64,000 bases of DNA from Octopus bimaculoides. Its lineage: Eukaryota. Both the position numbers and the translations under genes were made by a program. This document shows, piece by piece, positions 37,601 to 51,994 of this stretch; the stretch's first letter is position 1; each line of letters opens with the position of its first letter. The DNA lies in assembly GCF_001194135.2 (NCBI RefSeq), contig NC_068984.1, positions 33,288,894 to 33,352,893 of the forward strand, written 5' to 3'. The notes below the pieces were generated by a model. That model searched no databases. It was not told the DNA's origin and saw only the letters and a program-made list of their open reading frames with translations.

Positions 37601-40229
37601 AAGCTTTTTCAGCACTTTTCTTAGTGCCGGTTACATCCCCTCATGTAACATGTTACTCTGGGTTACATTTTACCAATAGCCTACAAGAGAGACTAATAGC
37701 GTGGGCGCGCACACACACATATATCATTAATAAAAACAGCTTTTTCCAATGCTATACCATAAAGGAAAATTATAGTTGTCAACTAAACATGACTAAGTGT
37801 GTGAATAACACATACATTGCTATAAATAGGAGCTAACAGCTGTTTTTATTAATTTTGTGAATACACATTAGCGATCTACTAAATCATCCATAGATTTTTA
37901 TGGTGAATTATACTCTGATAGGCGAGCTAGCTCGGAATCAAACGAACAAGCTGGCCTTACCGAAGATGACAACACAAATTGTCGAACCTGGCTGGTGTGT
38001 CTAAGGTGTATATAATACAAAACGGACGGTTGTTTCAATAAGTGATCTGTTTGTAGCAATAATAAATATTTCAAATATGGCTTAAGAAACACTTGGCAAA
38101 TTATATAACGTACTATATTTTATAATGAAAGTAAAGTGATATACATGATTAACTATATGAAAGAAGCAGTACTTGTCCATGAAATACAAGGGCATACATT
38201 ATCAAGTGATTATTGCAACTATCAGCAGTATATTGAAAGGCTGTCGTGTTTCAGAAATTCAAAGCAGCTATTTACGAAGCTCTTGTTTAAAATTTTATGA
38301 CGACAAAGAAAAAAAATTATGCATATTCTAGCAGAGTAGATCTGTAAGAAATTAGAAATATTTATGAGGTTGTAACATGATAAATATATTTATAATCTTC
38401 ATTTTGGTAACTTTTTTTTCAGTGACATAGGCAAGTGCAAATGAAGGGTAAACAGATGGATGAACGATTAGATTCTTATTCAAAATTATTTAAATACACT
38501 TAGGCTTGTAATGATTTGTAAAATGAAAAAAAAAATTTTAAATTCTAAATCTGCGCTTAAAGAAGAAAACATATATAATCTATAAATCTATATCAACTAT
38601 TGAATATTTATATGAATTTTAATGAAACCTTCCGATAAAATTTGGTTTTTTATTCTAATTTTAAAGAAGACCAAACAGTCAAAGCCATTTATCATTTAGT
38701 GTTCATCTTAGTATGTTCGAATGATACCGTCTTCTAAGCTCCAGAATAGTTTATAAGGGTCATCTATGTAGTTGTGAAGGACAGTAATAAAAAGTTTCTC
38801 TAGTTTCGAATATAGACATGATTTAATAAGCTTGTTGCAAAGAATATATATAACTCTAAACGCACCCACAAGAGTGAGCGCGTATACATCTACTGTATAT
38901 ACGCACGCACGCACGCACACACGCACACAACGCACACACACACATACACACACAAACACATACCCATACATACAAATATGCAAACATACAAACACACACA
39001 CACACACACGCACACACATACGGACACTTTTACTTCTTAGATGAGAATGAATTATATGCTATATGTTGAATATAATGAATATCATTATTCAAACCGATGA
39101 AATGTGTAATATGCACCTTATATTGGCATAACTTCTAAAATATCTATAATGAGTAAGCTTGCTTTTAATACTTGACAGCCGAAAGTAAATTAGTGATTGA
39201 ACTGAAATGAAAGCATCTAACACCGCCCAATTGGAAACCATCCTTAAACACTTCCATAGAGAAAATTTTATACATTTTCTGAATATAAATTTCACTATAG
39301 TTACTTAGTTTTTATTCCTTATTATTTTTTTTTTAGTTTCTTTTTTAAAAGTGTATTGTTAAAAGCGGTGTGACTAAATATCAAAATTTAGAAATAATAA
39401 GCTCATAAATGCAATATTTTGTTATTAGTTTAGTCTCTTCTATACATTTATGCTAAGTTCATCAAAAATACAGGCTTAAATAATTTCCACTATTAAATTG
39501 TGCTAGCCTTGTACCAAAATTTTAAACCAATAGATATGACATCCTCAATCGTCAGTATAATGACAGCACCAGTTAACATGCCTTGCTAGTCATTGCCTTT
39601 TACTCTTATTGTTCAAAGCCTGTTGTGTTCCAGTTAGCATTTCGTCTAACTGGTGTCGATAACATAATTACTTCTCATTTACCTTTGTAGAAATATTTGA
39701 CTGTTCACTTTTGACAAAGTTCGTTCGTTTCCCTACGTAATAAATCCCAATATACGAAACCATTTGGAATAAACTAACCCAAAGAAAAATTAAGACCGTC
39801 TCAGGTACATAATCTTAATCGTTTACATAATAGCGATCGATGATTGCACCAAACGATTTGACTGTTCTTACGTCACTATATACTGTGAGATAACACTCAT
39901 TGTGACCTTGTTTGTTTTTTAAAACTACGTATTAAAACTAATGAATTACATAATGATCTAATTGTGTCTACACTCCGAAACATCCAAGAAATCGTGCTAA
40001 ATGTTGCAAGTGGTATTAATTTATATACGATACTAAAGCAGATAAGAGTTTAATAAGAGAAGTCTTTTTATTACTAGTTCTGGATATGATGGCAAATCAT
40101 TAAAAGTACAAAATTTCTAACTTACTTTATATAACTACAGGACATATTTAAATCATAAACATGAACCCACTTTGCACCTCCAGATACATTTATGCATAAA
40201 TACATACATATACAAATATACATACACAC

Positions 40230-40265
<36 letters not shown>

Positions 40266-40297
40266 ACGCTTCGGAAGTTTTAATTATCTTTATGCAG

Positions 40298-40370
40298 AGT
40301 AACTTTTCCGAATGCACCATCATATGTGAACTACCAAATATTATATATCGGGATGTCTAGTATTCCAAAC
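40298..40370 (+). CDS. Candidate internal exon (phase 2 to 0): VTFPNAPSYVNYQILYIGMSSIPN
   Basis: Acceptor ttttaattatctttatgcag|, donor AAC|GTAAGT, and a single fully open frame. Confidence 0.22.
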
Positions 40371-40573
40371 GTAAGTTTACAGTATGTCACACATTTTACA
40401 ATAATTTGCATAATTGTAAGTCTGCAGCAATATAGATACTACACATCCAATAAATTCTGAAGAGATCAAATATTAAGTATTTGCACATATTTTTAGTACA
40501 TTCACGGCTACATTATACACGGAAACATGAACAGAGTCACATGCATAGGGATACACACACGGAGATACATTTG

Positions 40574-40584
<11 letters not shown>

Positions 40585-40605
<21 letters not shown>

Positions 40606-40647
40606 ATATCTATCTATTTATTTATTTATCTCTCTCCCTCTCTCTAC

Positions 40648-40684
<37 letters not shown>

Positions 40685-40741
40685 TAGATAGATAGATAGA
40701 TATGGATATAGATATAAATATATATATATATCCATATATAC

Positions 40742-40815
<74 letters not shown>
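40585..40815. repeat. (ATCT)n, (TA)n and (GATA)n compound array
   Basis: Directly visible. Confidence 0.95.
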
Positions 40816-40820
<5 letters not shown>

Positions 40821-42169
40821 TATAAACATATACACACGCATATATGCATGTATATGTGGGTGATCATATGCAAATATCAACATATATATAAATATATAAC
40901 CATGCACAAACACTCACACAAGCACACGGACATACACACGCACAATCGATACACACACATATATAGACACCGTATATAAATATATCAGTTTGCGTACGTA
41001 ATGAAGATAACATAATATTAATATAGAAACATATGTCGAGATATATATTTCCATAATTTTATATGAAGTATATATAATATGTTTCAAAATATTTATACAC
41101 ACGCATATACATATGTACACACATACATGCATTATTGTTCATGATAAGGGCCAGATATGTATATATATATATATATATANNNNNNNNNNNNNNNNNNNNN
41201 NNNNNNNNNNNNNNNNNNNNNNNNNNNNNNNNNNNNNNNNNNNNNNNNNNNNNNNNNNNNNNNNNNNNNNNNNNNNNNNNNNNNNNNNNNNNNNNNNNNN
41301 NNNNNNNNNNNNNNNNNNNNNNNNNNNNNNNNNNNNNNNNNNNNNNNNNNNNNNNNNNNNNNNNNNNNNNNNNNNNNNNNNNNNNNNNNNNNNNNNNNNN
41401 NNNNNNNNNNNNNNNNNNNNNNNNNNNNNNNNNNNNNNNNNNNNNNNNNNNNNNNNNNNNNNNNNNNNNNNNNNNNNNNNNNNNNNNNNNNNNNNNNNNN
41501 NNNNNNNNNNNNNNNNNNNNNNNNNNNNNNNNNNNNNNNNNNNNNNNNNNNNNNNNNNNNNNNNNNNNNNNNNNNNNNNNNNNNNNNNNNNNNNNNNNNN
41601 NNNNNNNNNNNNNNNNNNNNNNNNNNNNNNNNNNNNNNNNNNNNNNNNNNNNNNNNNNNNNNNNNNNNNNNNNNNNNNNNNNNNNNNNNNNNNNNNNNNN
41701 NNNNNNNNNNNNNNNNNNNNNNNNNNNNNNNNNNNNNNNNNNNNNNNNNNNNNNNNNNNNNNNNNNNNNNNNNNNNNNNNNNNNNNNNNNNNNNNNNNNN
41801 NNNNNNNNNNNNNNNNNNNNNNNNNNNNNNNNNNNNNNNNNNNNNNNNNNNNNNNNNNNNNNNNNNNNNNNNNNNNNNNNNNNNNNNNNNNNNNNNNNNN
41901 NNNNNNNNNNNNNNNNNNNNNNNNNNNNNNNNNNNNNNNNNNNNNNNNNNNNNNNNNNNNNNNNNNNNNNNNNNNNNNNNNNNNNNNNNNNNNNNNNNNN
42001 NNNNNNNNNNNNNNNNNNNNNNNNNNNNNNNNNNNNNNNNNNNNNNNNNNNNNNNNNNNNNNNNNNNNNNNNNNNNNNNNNNNNNNNNNNNNNNNNNNNN
42101 NNNNNNNNNNNNNNNNNNNNNNNNNNNNNNNNNNNNNNNNNNNNNNNNNNNNNNNNNNNNNNNNNNNNN

Positions 42170-42219
<50 letters not shown>

Positions 42220-43869
42220 CATGTATGTATGTATGTACGTATGTATGTATAATGCAAGACCCATTCAGTTCTTGAGAATATATGGCTGCTTTTGCATAGT
42301 TTAGAAAATTATTAATTTCTTGAGCTAAGTTTTTTCGATCCTCAATCACTCCTACTCCAAAATTGTAGGTAATTGAAACAGGGAAGGAAGGAGAAAGAGA
42401 GAGAGAAAGTGAGAGAAGAAAAGTCGATAAACAAGCAAACGAAACAAAGAAAACAACTAATATTTGTTGAGAGAACCTGGGGGTTCGAAAGGCAAAATTA
42501 TCGTTAGAGGTATATAAACATGCACTGTATGGCACTCTCTTTAACGAACACTATCTATATGCATCAATGTATGTGTTTGTGAAGAGCGTTAAGAAGAAAA
42601 GTTGTACACATGCATATGTATGTGCGTGTGTGTGTGCGTGTGTGTGTGCGTGTGTGTGTGTATTTGTGTATGTATGGATATATATATATATATATATATA
42701 TATANNNNNNNNNNNNNNNNNNNNNNNNNNNNNNNNNNNNNNNNNNNNNNNNNNNNNNNNNNNNNNNNNNNNNNNNNNNNNNNNNNNNNNNNNNNNNNNN
42801 NNNNNNNNNNNNNNNNNNNNNNNNNNNNNNNNNNNNNNNNNNNNNNNNNNNNNNNNNNNNNNNNNNNNNNNNNNNNNNNNNNNNNNNNNNNNNNNNNNNN
42901 NNNNNNNNNNNNNNNNNNNNNNNNNNNNNNNNNNNNNNNNNNNNNNNNNNNNNNNNNNNNNNNNNNNNNNNNNNNNNNNNNNNNNNNNNNNNNNNNNNTA
43001 TATATATATATATATATATATATCCACATATGTATATGTGTGTATGTGTGTTTATACATATATACACATATAGATATGCGCGCACACGCATACACACACA
43101 AGCACACGCACTCACACAATCACACACGCACACGCACACACACACATGATTACAGTTATATAGATGTTAACGCAAAGAATTTTCTTTATTCATGTATATT
43201 CAGGACGCTGTTGCTACCATAATTACATATCCTAAAATTGCCTTGCAAAAATATTCAACTTGTTCATATTTTGCTACATGAATTGAAAATCTTCTTCGAA
43301 ATAGAATCAAATATTCTGTTTATTTTTATACAGAAATATAAAATTATTTTCTTCAATATTCACTGTCTGTATTCCAGCTTTATTCTTAAGCAGACAAACT
43401 GTGTGACATGAAATATAATGTAACCAAAGGACAATGAAATTGCTTCATTTTTATATCTGGTTCGCGACACACCATAAAAAAAAATCCTTGTGTAGAAATA
43501 ATATTTTATATAAACTCCTTATTTTAAACATCGACTCCATTATTTGCTTGACATTTCTTTCCTCTTTATTTTTAAAACTATTTTAGAGTGTTCGTCGCGA
43601 AGAAATAAGGACTGTCCTTTGCATTATTCGAATAAATCCAGAGTGTATTTTATGTTGTTATTCATTTTTTGTTTTATTATTACAGTTTGTGTTTCTTCGG
43701 TACTCTCATTCTGTTGGTTAAGATACTGGATACCATATATTTGCAATACTGATATCATAAATTTGCAATACAATTATCTCTTATCTACACCATATAACTG
43801 TCTTGTTCATATAATTTTTGTTTCAGTAAAGTATCTATTGAAAAATATATACATACTATTTCCTTGCAG

Positions 43870-43898
43870 TAACAATGTACCTAGGATTCTATTATCTG
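43870..43898 (+). CDS. Candidate exon with ATG at 43875: MYLGFYYL, phase-0 donor
   Basis: Acceptor catactatttccttgcag|, donor CTG|GTATGT, start context aacaATG. Confidence 0.22.
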
Positions 43899-44382
43899 GT
43901 ATGTCATTTATTTTGTGATGACGGCAAAGTGTGACTTTTAGATGACTTGTTTTCAATTTCTAACCGATAATAACACCACATTGTGACACATGAATTACGT
44001 TGCATAAAAAATCTATTTCCCATTTTTTCTATTTATTTTTATCTATTGTTTTTATTGTTTTGATTAAACCTGTGGACGCTGAGAATTTTGATGAATGACG
44101 TTTCAACTTGAGTAATAATATCCTTATATTCCGTTGTCCAATATATTTTTATATTTTATATAATACGCTGGGTGTTTTAAAAGGATTTAGCTACTTTTCC
44201 ATCAGCTCTAACAACCACGTACGGTGTCCCACTTTTACTCACATATGTATATATATTTTTTTATATTTATACAGCATAAGTGCTTTAGTGAAAGATGTTG
44301 AAATCAAATACTTTGGTAAGAATGTTGCCAAAACGAATTTCAATATACAGTATTTGATGAATCGATTCAATGGTAATAATAA

Positions 44383-44590
44383 TGGTTTCAAATTTTGGCA
44401 CAGGGTCAGCCATTTTAAGCTAGAGGATCAGTCGATTACATAACCCCCAGTATTCAACTGGTACTTATTTTATCAAGTCAAAAGATGAAAAGCAAAATTG
44501 AGCTCGTCAGAATCTGAACACAATGTAAGGGTAGACGAAATGCCACTAATCTATTTGTCAAGCATTCTAAGGATTCTGCTGGCTCGTCAC
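44383..44590 (-). mobile_element. SINE family A copy, near full length
   Basis: GGTTTCAAATTTTGGCACAGGG...GTCGATTACAT...CAACTGGTACTTATTTTATC...GACGAAATGCCACTAA...TTCTGCTGGCTCGTCACC. Confidence 0.85.
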
Positions 44591-44948
44591 CTTACAATGC
44601 TATTAATTATGAAACTATACCTTTTTTTTCTTTTTCATTTCGTTTCTTCAAATAATGGTGTTCTCCATTTCATTAAGAGTATTAATTTAAAATTAATACA
44701 GTTTTATATATTATAGAAATGCATGAATATTATAGGTACTTCAGTCAATATTGCAAAATATGTTCTGGCTGTTTATAGATGCCAGTTTTAACATAATTCC
44801 ATAAGTCTGCTCTGTGTGGACAGTTTTCAAGTTGTAGATTTAAGCCAAAACAAGTACTAGATCCCATTTGCTACAGAATTATGTCCATGGTAGTATGTTA
44901 ACCGCAGCACAGTCAGCTAGCAAATTTATTTACTACTTTGTATTTAAG

Positions 44949-44990
44949 ATAACACTACTATGTTCTCTCTTAATTTCTCAATATCAAAAG
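44949..44990 (+). CDS. Candidate 42-nt exon (phase 0 to 0): ITLLCSLLISQYQK
   Basis: ctttgtatttaag|, donor AAG|GTAAGT. Joined to 43898 it gives the signal-peptide-like MYLGFYYLITLLCSLLISQYQK. Confidence 0.22.
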
Positions 44991-47900
44991 GTAAGTAAAA
45001 GCTCTAAATCTTAAATTCTTCACTCATCACTGAAAATGAATTCGTCAAGACATTCAACCATTGATTTTTTTTATATATATTAATCATATTACTACCATGT
45101 ACACTTTAACAATACGTTCATTGTTCATAATGTCTGAAAATTATAAATTTATTGACTGTCACAAAGTTGTCTCTTTCATGTCAGCGGACAAATTAGAAAC
45201 TGTTGACAAGATACGAGAATTTTCCTATTCTGAATAATTGGCTGGTTTATCGACTCAGTTATTCTTTAACTCTGTCTCATAATAGATGGTAATTTTTAAT
45301 AAGGTGTAAGTTGAATAATACAATATTTCATGACCTTGTTGCTTCAGCTCAGGGAAACAAACGGGTGGCATCGCTTGAACTTAGGGAAGAAAATATGAAG
45401 AAAAATGGAACATAAATAGTGATGAACACGGTTGATGTAAATGGGAGCATAGAACAAGACAAGACAGTTATGTATCAGAAATATGAGGATCGATCATAAT
45501 GAGTAAGCAATATAAACGAGGGTAGACAGTATTAGCCAAACGCATGGCAAAAAAGAAAACGATGCTGGTTTTCAAATAAAGAGTTGAAGATGGACACGAT
45601 AAGGGTAAATATTAGAGACAGCTTCAGAGCACCATGTAAATATAAGAAAATAATCGTACAATATTTAAACTTATTGAGGATATTAATATATATATTTAGT
45701 CAAGTGCATAGGCAAATATTTTGAGGGAAGCACAAGCTCTTGGATGATAGAATGTAAAATAGAACGTTGAACGAGGTCATGCTTCAAGCGCAGCAAACAA
45801 AAGATCTAAACAGAATAAGTGGGGAAGTGATATTTAAAATATCTGCAGTTACAGAGCGACTCGTTTCTAGAAGCTACTGGTATGAGAGTGTCTAAGGTTA
45901 TCTGTAATTTATCTTGGTAATTAGTAGTACGTATATATCGAAATATGTCACCTTTTACAGAAACACACGCACACACATTTCTAATACTCACACACAAAGA
46001 CATGCACACGCATATACAACAACATATGTAAATCGATGTGCACCACTAGTGACAATTACATTTTGAGGATATTTTTAATTGACAGAACAAAGTCGAAATA
46101 GGTTTTGGAAGAGACATACGGTGGCGTAGGTGGAAGTCAGATTTATAGGTATTAGTGGCGTACATTTGTGCTGTATAGATTAGAGTTCCGAGATTAAAGA
46201 CATGACATTTTCCACATCTATTTGCGGGGTGGGGTGTTGTATCATTCTCTTGAGGAAATTCTTCGTTAGACTGCCATATATCTTGCGTGAATATGGTGTT
46301 GGCCGATTTTCTTTCATATTTATTCGTCGAAACGAAAACCATTGCTACGTGAAAACTCATGTTAGCCATTCACAAAAGCAGTTAACTTCAATTAAACATT
46401 TATTGTCACTATATTGCGAAAAACGTTTATGTGAAGTTAAATGCCTTTGTGAATCTCTGAATGGCTATCCGGTGTTTCCGCTCTGTAACCGTTTTAGTTA
46501 TAAATGTTTCCCTTATACACATTGGAACAACATATTCAGTGGGATAAGAATAATTAGTATTTAGATATCTATCACTGATTTCATCATTTGCAAGAAATAA
46601 ACAGTTATATTGGTCTTACGTCTACCAGAAGCCTATAATGTGTCTAATTGACAACATATATATATAAAAAAATTAATTCTGAAATAGATAACTGAGATTA
46701 CACTGTGAAAACTATCCTATGTATGAGTGTGTGTGTGTGTGTGTGTCTGTTGATGGTAACAATGTCTTCTTGTTATGAAAGTGATTATGTCATCCAGGTG
46801 ATGCAAGAGACTATATAGTCATAAACTTACTCTGTTTCCGACGTCTACTCACTGTGACTGAGAATATCTGACATGCAGTGTCTAAGTTCCTTGTGGAGAG
46901 CGTTTGCATGAAGAATAAGGTTACGTACAATGTGGATGTGAGTGGGTATTGTAGGTTATAAGAGCAGCTGGACCTAATGTTCAGAAAGAAATGCGTACGA
47001 GATGTATTCAAAGCTTGAAATGTCCTTGACCTTTCAAACTTGGAAATAAGATTATTATTACAGAATTGGCAGAATTATACGGTATCCTTTGAAGAAAATG
47101 CAATACTGACTCTATTTCAAAGGATCTGGATTTATCGAATATCAGAGTATAGCTCTGAAACCGTCTGATGGAAGGTACTTTGAACTTTGTGATCTGTGTC
47201 TGTTTGGCAAAGCTGTTGATATTTTAACACTTGATGAGTTAATGTATAAAACTTGGATATTGACGAAATTGCTGGTGTGCCCGAAGACGTGATCCAAGTA
47301 ACATTGTTGATTGTCTGCCATATAGAATGAAAATCAAATTCGAAATTGATCTTCAGCTATGCTGCTTCCGAAATTTTGATTATTAAGAATTGTATGTTAA
47401 AAGATTCCTTCAAATTTTTTTTTACTCATTACTGAGGGTAACACATCATTAGGGCACGATAAAGAAAACAGAATAATTTGAAGTCTGTGTGTTACAGGAA
47501 TACATAATTTATTTTCATATTCACGTTCTTCTGCGTGAGATATGGTGGCCGTAATAGAGACCAAGGTATATGTGTGCTAGTCACTACTGGATTTTCAGTC
47601 ATACTCTTTGTGTGTAATGCGCTTATGCTTCTGAGCCACTTGGAATAGGTAACTGTTGATGGACTCCTCGAGTCCGATATGCTTTAAATTCTTACGAGAT
47701 ATGTGAGAACTTCAACAAATCCTATTTCCCTAAAATAATGAATATTATATCTCATGAAAAGGAACCGGATTAAATTTCTTATTTATTAAATGGGAAGAAA
47801 TTATGTCAAAATTATGGATGAGGATTCAAAATTATGAGATGTAAGCACAGAAGCATGCTTATGCATATCCGTTTCCCTTATGCGAAGAGTTTACCGCCAT

Positions 47901-49049
47901 CCATGATTCCTTGTTGATAAATTTCATTTATGGAGATTGCTCTTGGTTCACTTCTCGCAGCGTATTTCCTACATTTAAAGTGTTTTAGAGTTTGGGTTTA
48001 CGCATGAACTGAAACCGTTTCGTAAGTTCCGTCTGCTGAATTCCATTCTTTAATCAATTGTTGTGTCATATTTCTACAGATTACAAATACAGAACATTAT
48101 TCTTGTTTAATGATTTCTCACAGTCACATGGGTTTTGTTAAATGATGTTTAATATATTACATTCAAATGTTATTCAGTTGTTATTATGTATGTTTTTGTG
48201 CTATACATTTCAGCTTGGGGACCGCTTCGATTTTAATTTAAGCAAATAACTTTATTACAGTTTTGGACCTTTTGTATAAACGCAATAAAAATATTGCACA
48301 CAATAAATATTTTCATTGTATTATTTGAGTTTGATGTTTTTTTTTTCATTATCTGTCCATTTCCATCTAAATAATACAAAATATTTCCATCTTTAATGAA
48401 CGTAATATCTTCATTAATGTCCGTTTTCTCTTTGTTGCTTACAAACAGCGCTACTTCCCTTGAATATTCCGACAGAAGATTATCTTTACAATGTTTCCAA
48501 AGTGCCTTATAATAGCGGGAAAGCAATTAGCAGCTATAAAATAGTCATTCAAGTAGAAGATTCATGCCCGATATCAGTTCTTTCTTGAGATATTTCATAG
48601 GCAGTGTGTGGGGGTAAGTTGAATACATATTTTTACTCAGTTTTACAAAACAGCTGGTATAAAATTGTGAGTAAAGGAAAAACAAACAGTGACAGTTATA
48701 CAAAGGCATTCACATTCTGTCACACACACATATGTAAATATTATAGCTTTGTCGGGTAATTTATAAGTTTAAATTGTAATCACCTATATCTACGTTCGAT
48801 TTCACTGTGTGGAACATTATGTAAGTCATTAAAATGACTAGTCAGTAGAATTTGTTTTACGTAAAGAATGCAAAAGCCTAATATAGACAGACACATACAA
48901 ACACATATATACATACCCATATTTACCGAAATGTCTGTCTGTATGTATGTATGTATGTATGTACGAATATATGATACTTTGTCGATGTATCCATTCATCT
49001 AAAACAATTTTTTAGATGTTTCACATCCTATATTGTTTCAGATTCTGTG

Positions 49050-50170
49050 ATATTAGGATAGCTATATTATATTGTTAAATATCATGGCTTAACTCGCTGT
49101 TTATTCTGGTGACTTCACTGTATTTTTTGCTATCTTGAAAAAATTAGTAGCCTTCAGCAACCGCTTTTCTTGAGGATAGACTTCGCGCACAAGTGAATGA
49201 TTGCCATTCATTCCCTCTACTACTATAGGTAGCATTGATCTTCTAGAATGCCAAATTGTTAGACTCCTTGATAGGGCTTTGACCAAAGATATTCTGTGGA
49301 TCAGATATGCTCGGTTCATTGCCACGTTGACTGCTAAGAATTTTTGAGCTTTCTTTTGTAACAGCAAATGCTTTACGCCCGAGAGTGTTTTGTACTTCTA
49401 CAAGTCTACTATTTGATATTGCACTGAATATTGCTGTCATCTTTGGGCGAGAGCATCCCCTTAGGGTCTTACACTACTTCCTAGTAATCAGAATGGAGTT
49501 GTTGACACAGTTGGTCCTCTAATACTGAGCCTTTCGCAAGTGTCTAAATGTATTTTTGTTGTCTTTTCTTTCAGTATTTCAGTGAATATTACTCTGAACT
49601 TTCTGGTCTGGCATTCTTTGTCAAACTTTTAAATGCATCCCCCAATTTTCTTCCAAGACACGTTGTTTCTCTGTTGAACTTATTGTTATTCCTAAGTCCT
49701 TTTATTCTAAAAGCTTCTTTACTCGAGCTGCTGGTCTTTGGAACTCATTTCCTTCGTCTTTTATTCCCTTGATTTATGATATTCAGTCCTTCAATACTAC
49801 TGTCAATCAATATCTTTTGAATTTGTAGTCACGGTTTTCTTTCAGCGTCAGTGGCATCGAGTCATTATGGGGAGAAAATTGCTGTTTTTTATAACTTATT
49901 ATTTGTTCCGTGAAAGTTTCTAGTATAATTTTCGTGATTGCTTTAGCATTGACTACTGCTCTGTTACTCAATTATCAGGTATAGACTTTGTTAAGTTATA
50001 CTGATGTAATTTTCGTGGTAATTCCATTGACTTGCTTTTCTATGAGAATCTGCTTTTTTATGAGAATGAACCCAGATAGTTCAAAATTTTCAGAGATTCT
50101 GAATATGGCTTCCGCCAGACGTTCAACAACTCATTTCTTATTTTTTCATTCTTTCGATCACTCCTCACGA
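49050..50170 (-). mobile_element. Highly decayed retroelement ORF, possibly LTR gag/protease
   Basis: Long semi-open minus-strand frames with many stops. A degenerate C..C....H knuckle (QCNIK**TCRSTKHSRA) is followed by a V..G.NHSLV segment. The family is not securely identified. Confidence 0.3.
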
Positions 50171-50234
50171 TAAATACATATGCATGTATATATGTAGGTA
50201 TGTAATTTATACATACGTTGATATATATTTATAT

Positions 50235-50285
<51 letters not shown>

Positions 50286-51888
50286 NNNNNNNNNNNNNNN
50301 NNNNNNNNNNNNNNNNNNNNNNNNNNNNNNNNNNNNNNNNNNNNNNNNNNNNNNNNNNNNNNNNNNNNNNNNNNNNNNNNNNNNNNNNNNNNNNNNNNNN
50401 NNNNNNNNNNNNNNNNNNNNNNNNNNNNNNNNNNNNNNNNNNNNNNNNNNNNNNNNNNNNNNNNNNNNNNNNNNNNNNNNNNNNNNNNNNNNNNNNNNNN
50501 NNNNNNNNNNNNNNNNNNNNNNNNNNNNNNNNNNNNNNNNNNNNNNNNNNNNNNNNNNNNNNNNNNNNNNNNNNNNNNNNNNNNNNNNNNNNNNNNNNNN
50601 NNNNNNNNNNNNNNNNNNNNNNNNNNNNNNNNNNNNNNNNNNNNNNNNNNNNNNNNNNNNNNNNNNNNNNNNNNNNNNNNNNNNNNNNNNNNNNNNNNNN
50701 NNNNNNNNNNNNNNNNNNNNNNNNNNNNNNNNNNNNNNNNNNNNNNNNNNNNNNNNNNNNNNNNNNNNNNNNNNNNNNNNNNNNNNNNNNNNNNNNNNNN
50801 NNNNNNNNNNNNNNNNNNNNNNNNNNNNNNNNNNNNNNNNNNNNNNNNNNNNNNNNNNNNNNNNNNNNNNNNNNNNNNNNNNNNNNNNNNNNNNNNNNNN
50901 NNNNNNNNNNNNNNNNNNNNNNNNNNNNNNNNNNNNNNNNNNNNNNNNNNNNNNNNNNNNNNNNNNNNNNNNNNNNNNNNNNNNNNNNNNNNNNNNNNNN
51001 NNNNNNNNNNNNNNNNNNNNNNNNNNNNNNNNNNNNNNNNNNNNNNNNNNNNNNNNNNNNNNNNNNNNNNNNNNNNNNNNNNNNNNNNNNNNNNNNNNNN
51101 NNNNNNNNNNNNNNNNNNNNNNNNNNNNNNNNNNNNNNNNNNNNNNNNNNNNNNNNNNNNNNNNNNNNNNNNNNNNNNNNNNNNNNNNNNNNNNNNNNNN
51201 NNNNNNNNNNNNGTGTGTGTGTGTGTGTGTGTGCGTGTGCATTTTTTTCTCTGTGAATTTTTTTTTAGTACAGAAAACAATGCTTTTAGATCACTTGACA
51301 TACAAATTATACATTTTTATTGTAAGAAACACTTCTAGATGTTCGGTGTAAAGTAAAAATATATTTTAAAAAACGATGTATTACCATGATTAATAGAGTG
51401 TCGGCAGCAAAACTAGATCCAATGTGAATTCTCTCTTGTCCTCTTAGATTGTGAACACAGAAAGTATAAGCATTCATCAAAAGTTTAGAAGCTCATAGAT
51501 GTTTATATTGTATCCAAAATATGATTCAGTTAAACTGCTCATTTCAAATTAGCATGACAATATCTATTCACAAAACAATGATAAATTAATTAACTCAATG
51601 TATTTAATTTCGCTGCAAAATGATAGCTGCGTGTTTATATTAATAATATACATGGCATATCAAGTTAAACATAAAATTTAGTGTGGTAAAATATGTGTTA
51701 ATTAATGTGTTGTCAACGAATGTACATTTGTCCAAAAACAAAAAGAAAAAAATGGAGATGTTAGTTAAGTTCAAAATGTCCATAATAAAACTGTCAATGG
51801 ATAATTATTTCCCCAATATTAGCAAGGGAGGTATGGAGATAACAATTTATATCTTTGTATTTTTTTTACAATCCAGAAATACATACAT

Positions 51889-51924
<36 letters not shown>

Positions 51925-51942
51925 ACACACCCACACACACAA

Positions 51943-51974
<32 letters not shown>

Positions 51975-51994
51975 NNNNNNNNNNATATTGTTGT

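Noticed and set aside
43544-43918. 124-aa hydrophobic ORF
   Set aside because: It starts at a non-ATG codon and its F/I/L/Y richness reflects T-rich intron-like DNA. No family motif is present.
47123-47174. (F)KGSGFIEY laminin-G-like motif
   Set aside because: It is too short, has an in-frame stop just upstream, and no further LamG strands are found.
47989-48236. Spliced peptide ending ...KPFPWGPLRF*, suggesting an RFamide neuropeptide
   Set aside because: There is no Gly amidation donor or dibasic cleavage site, and the splice path is arbitrary.
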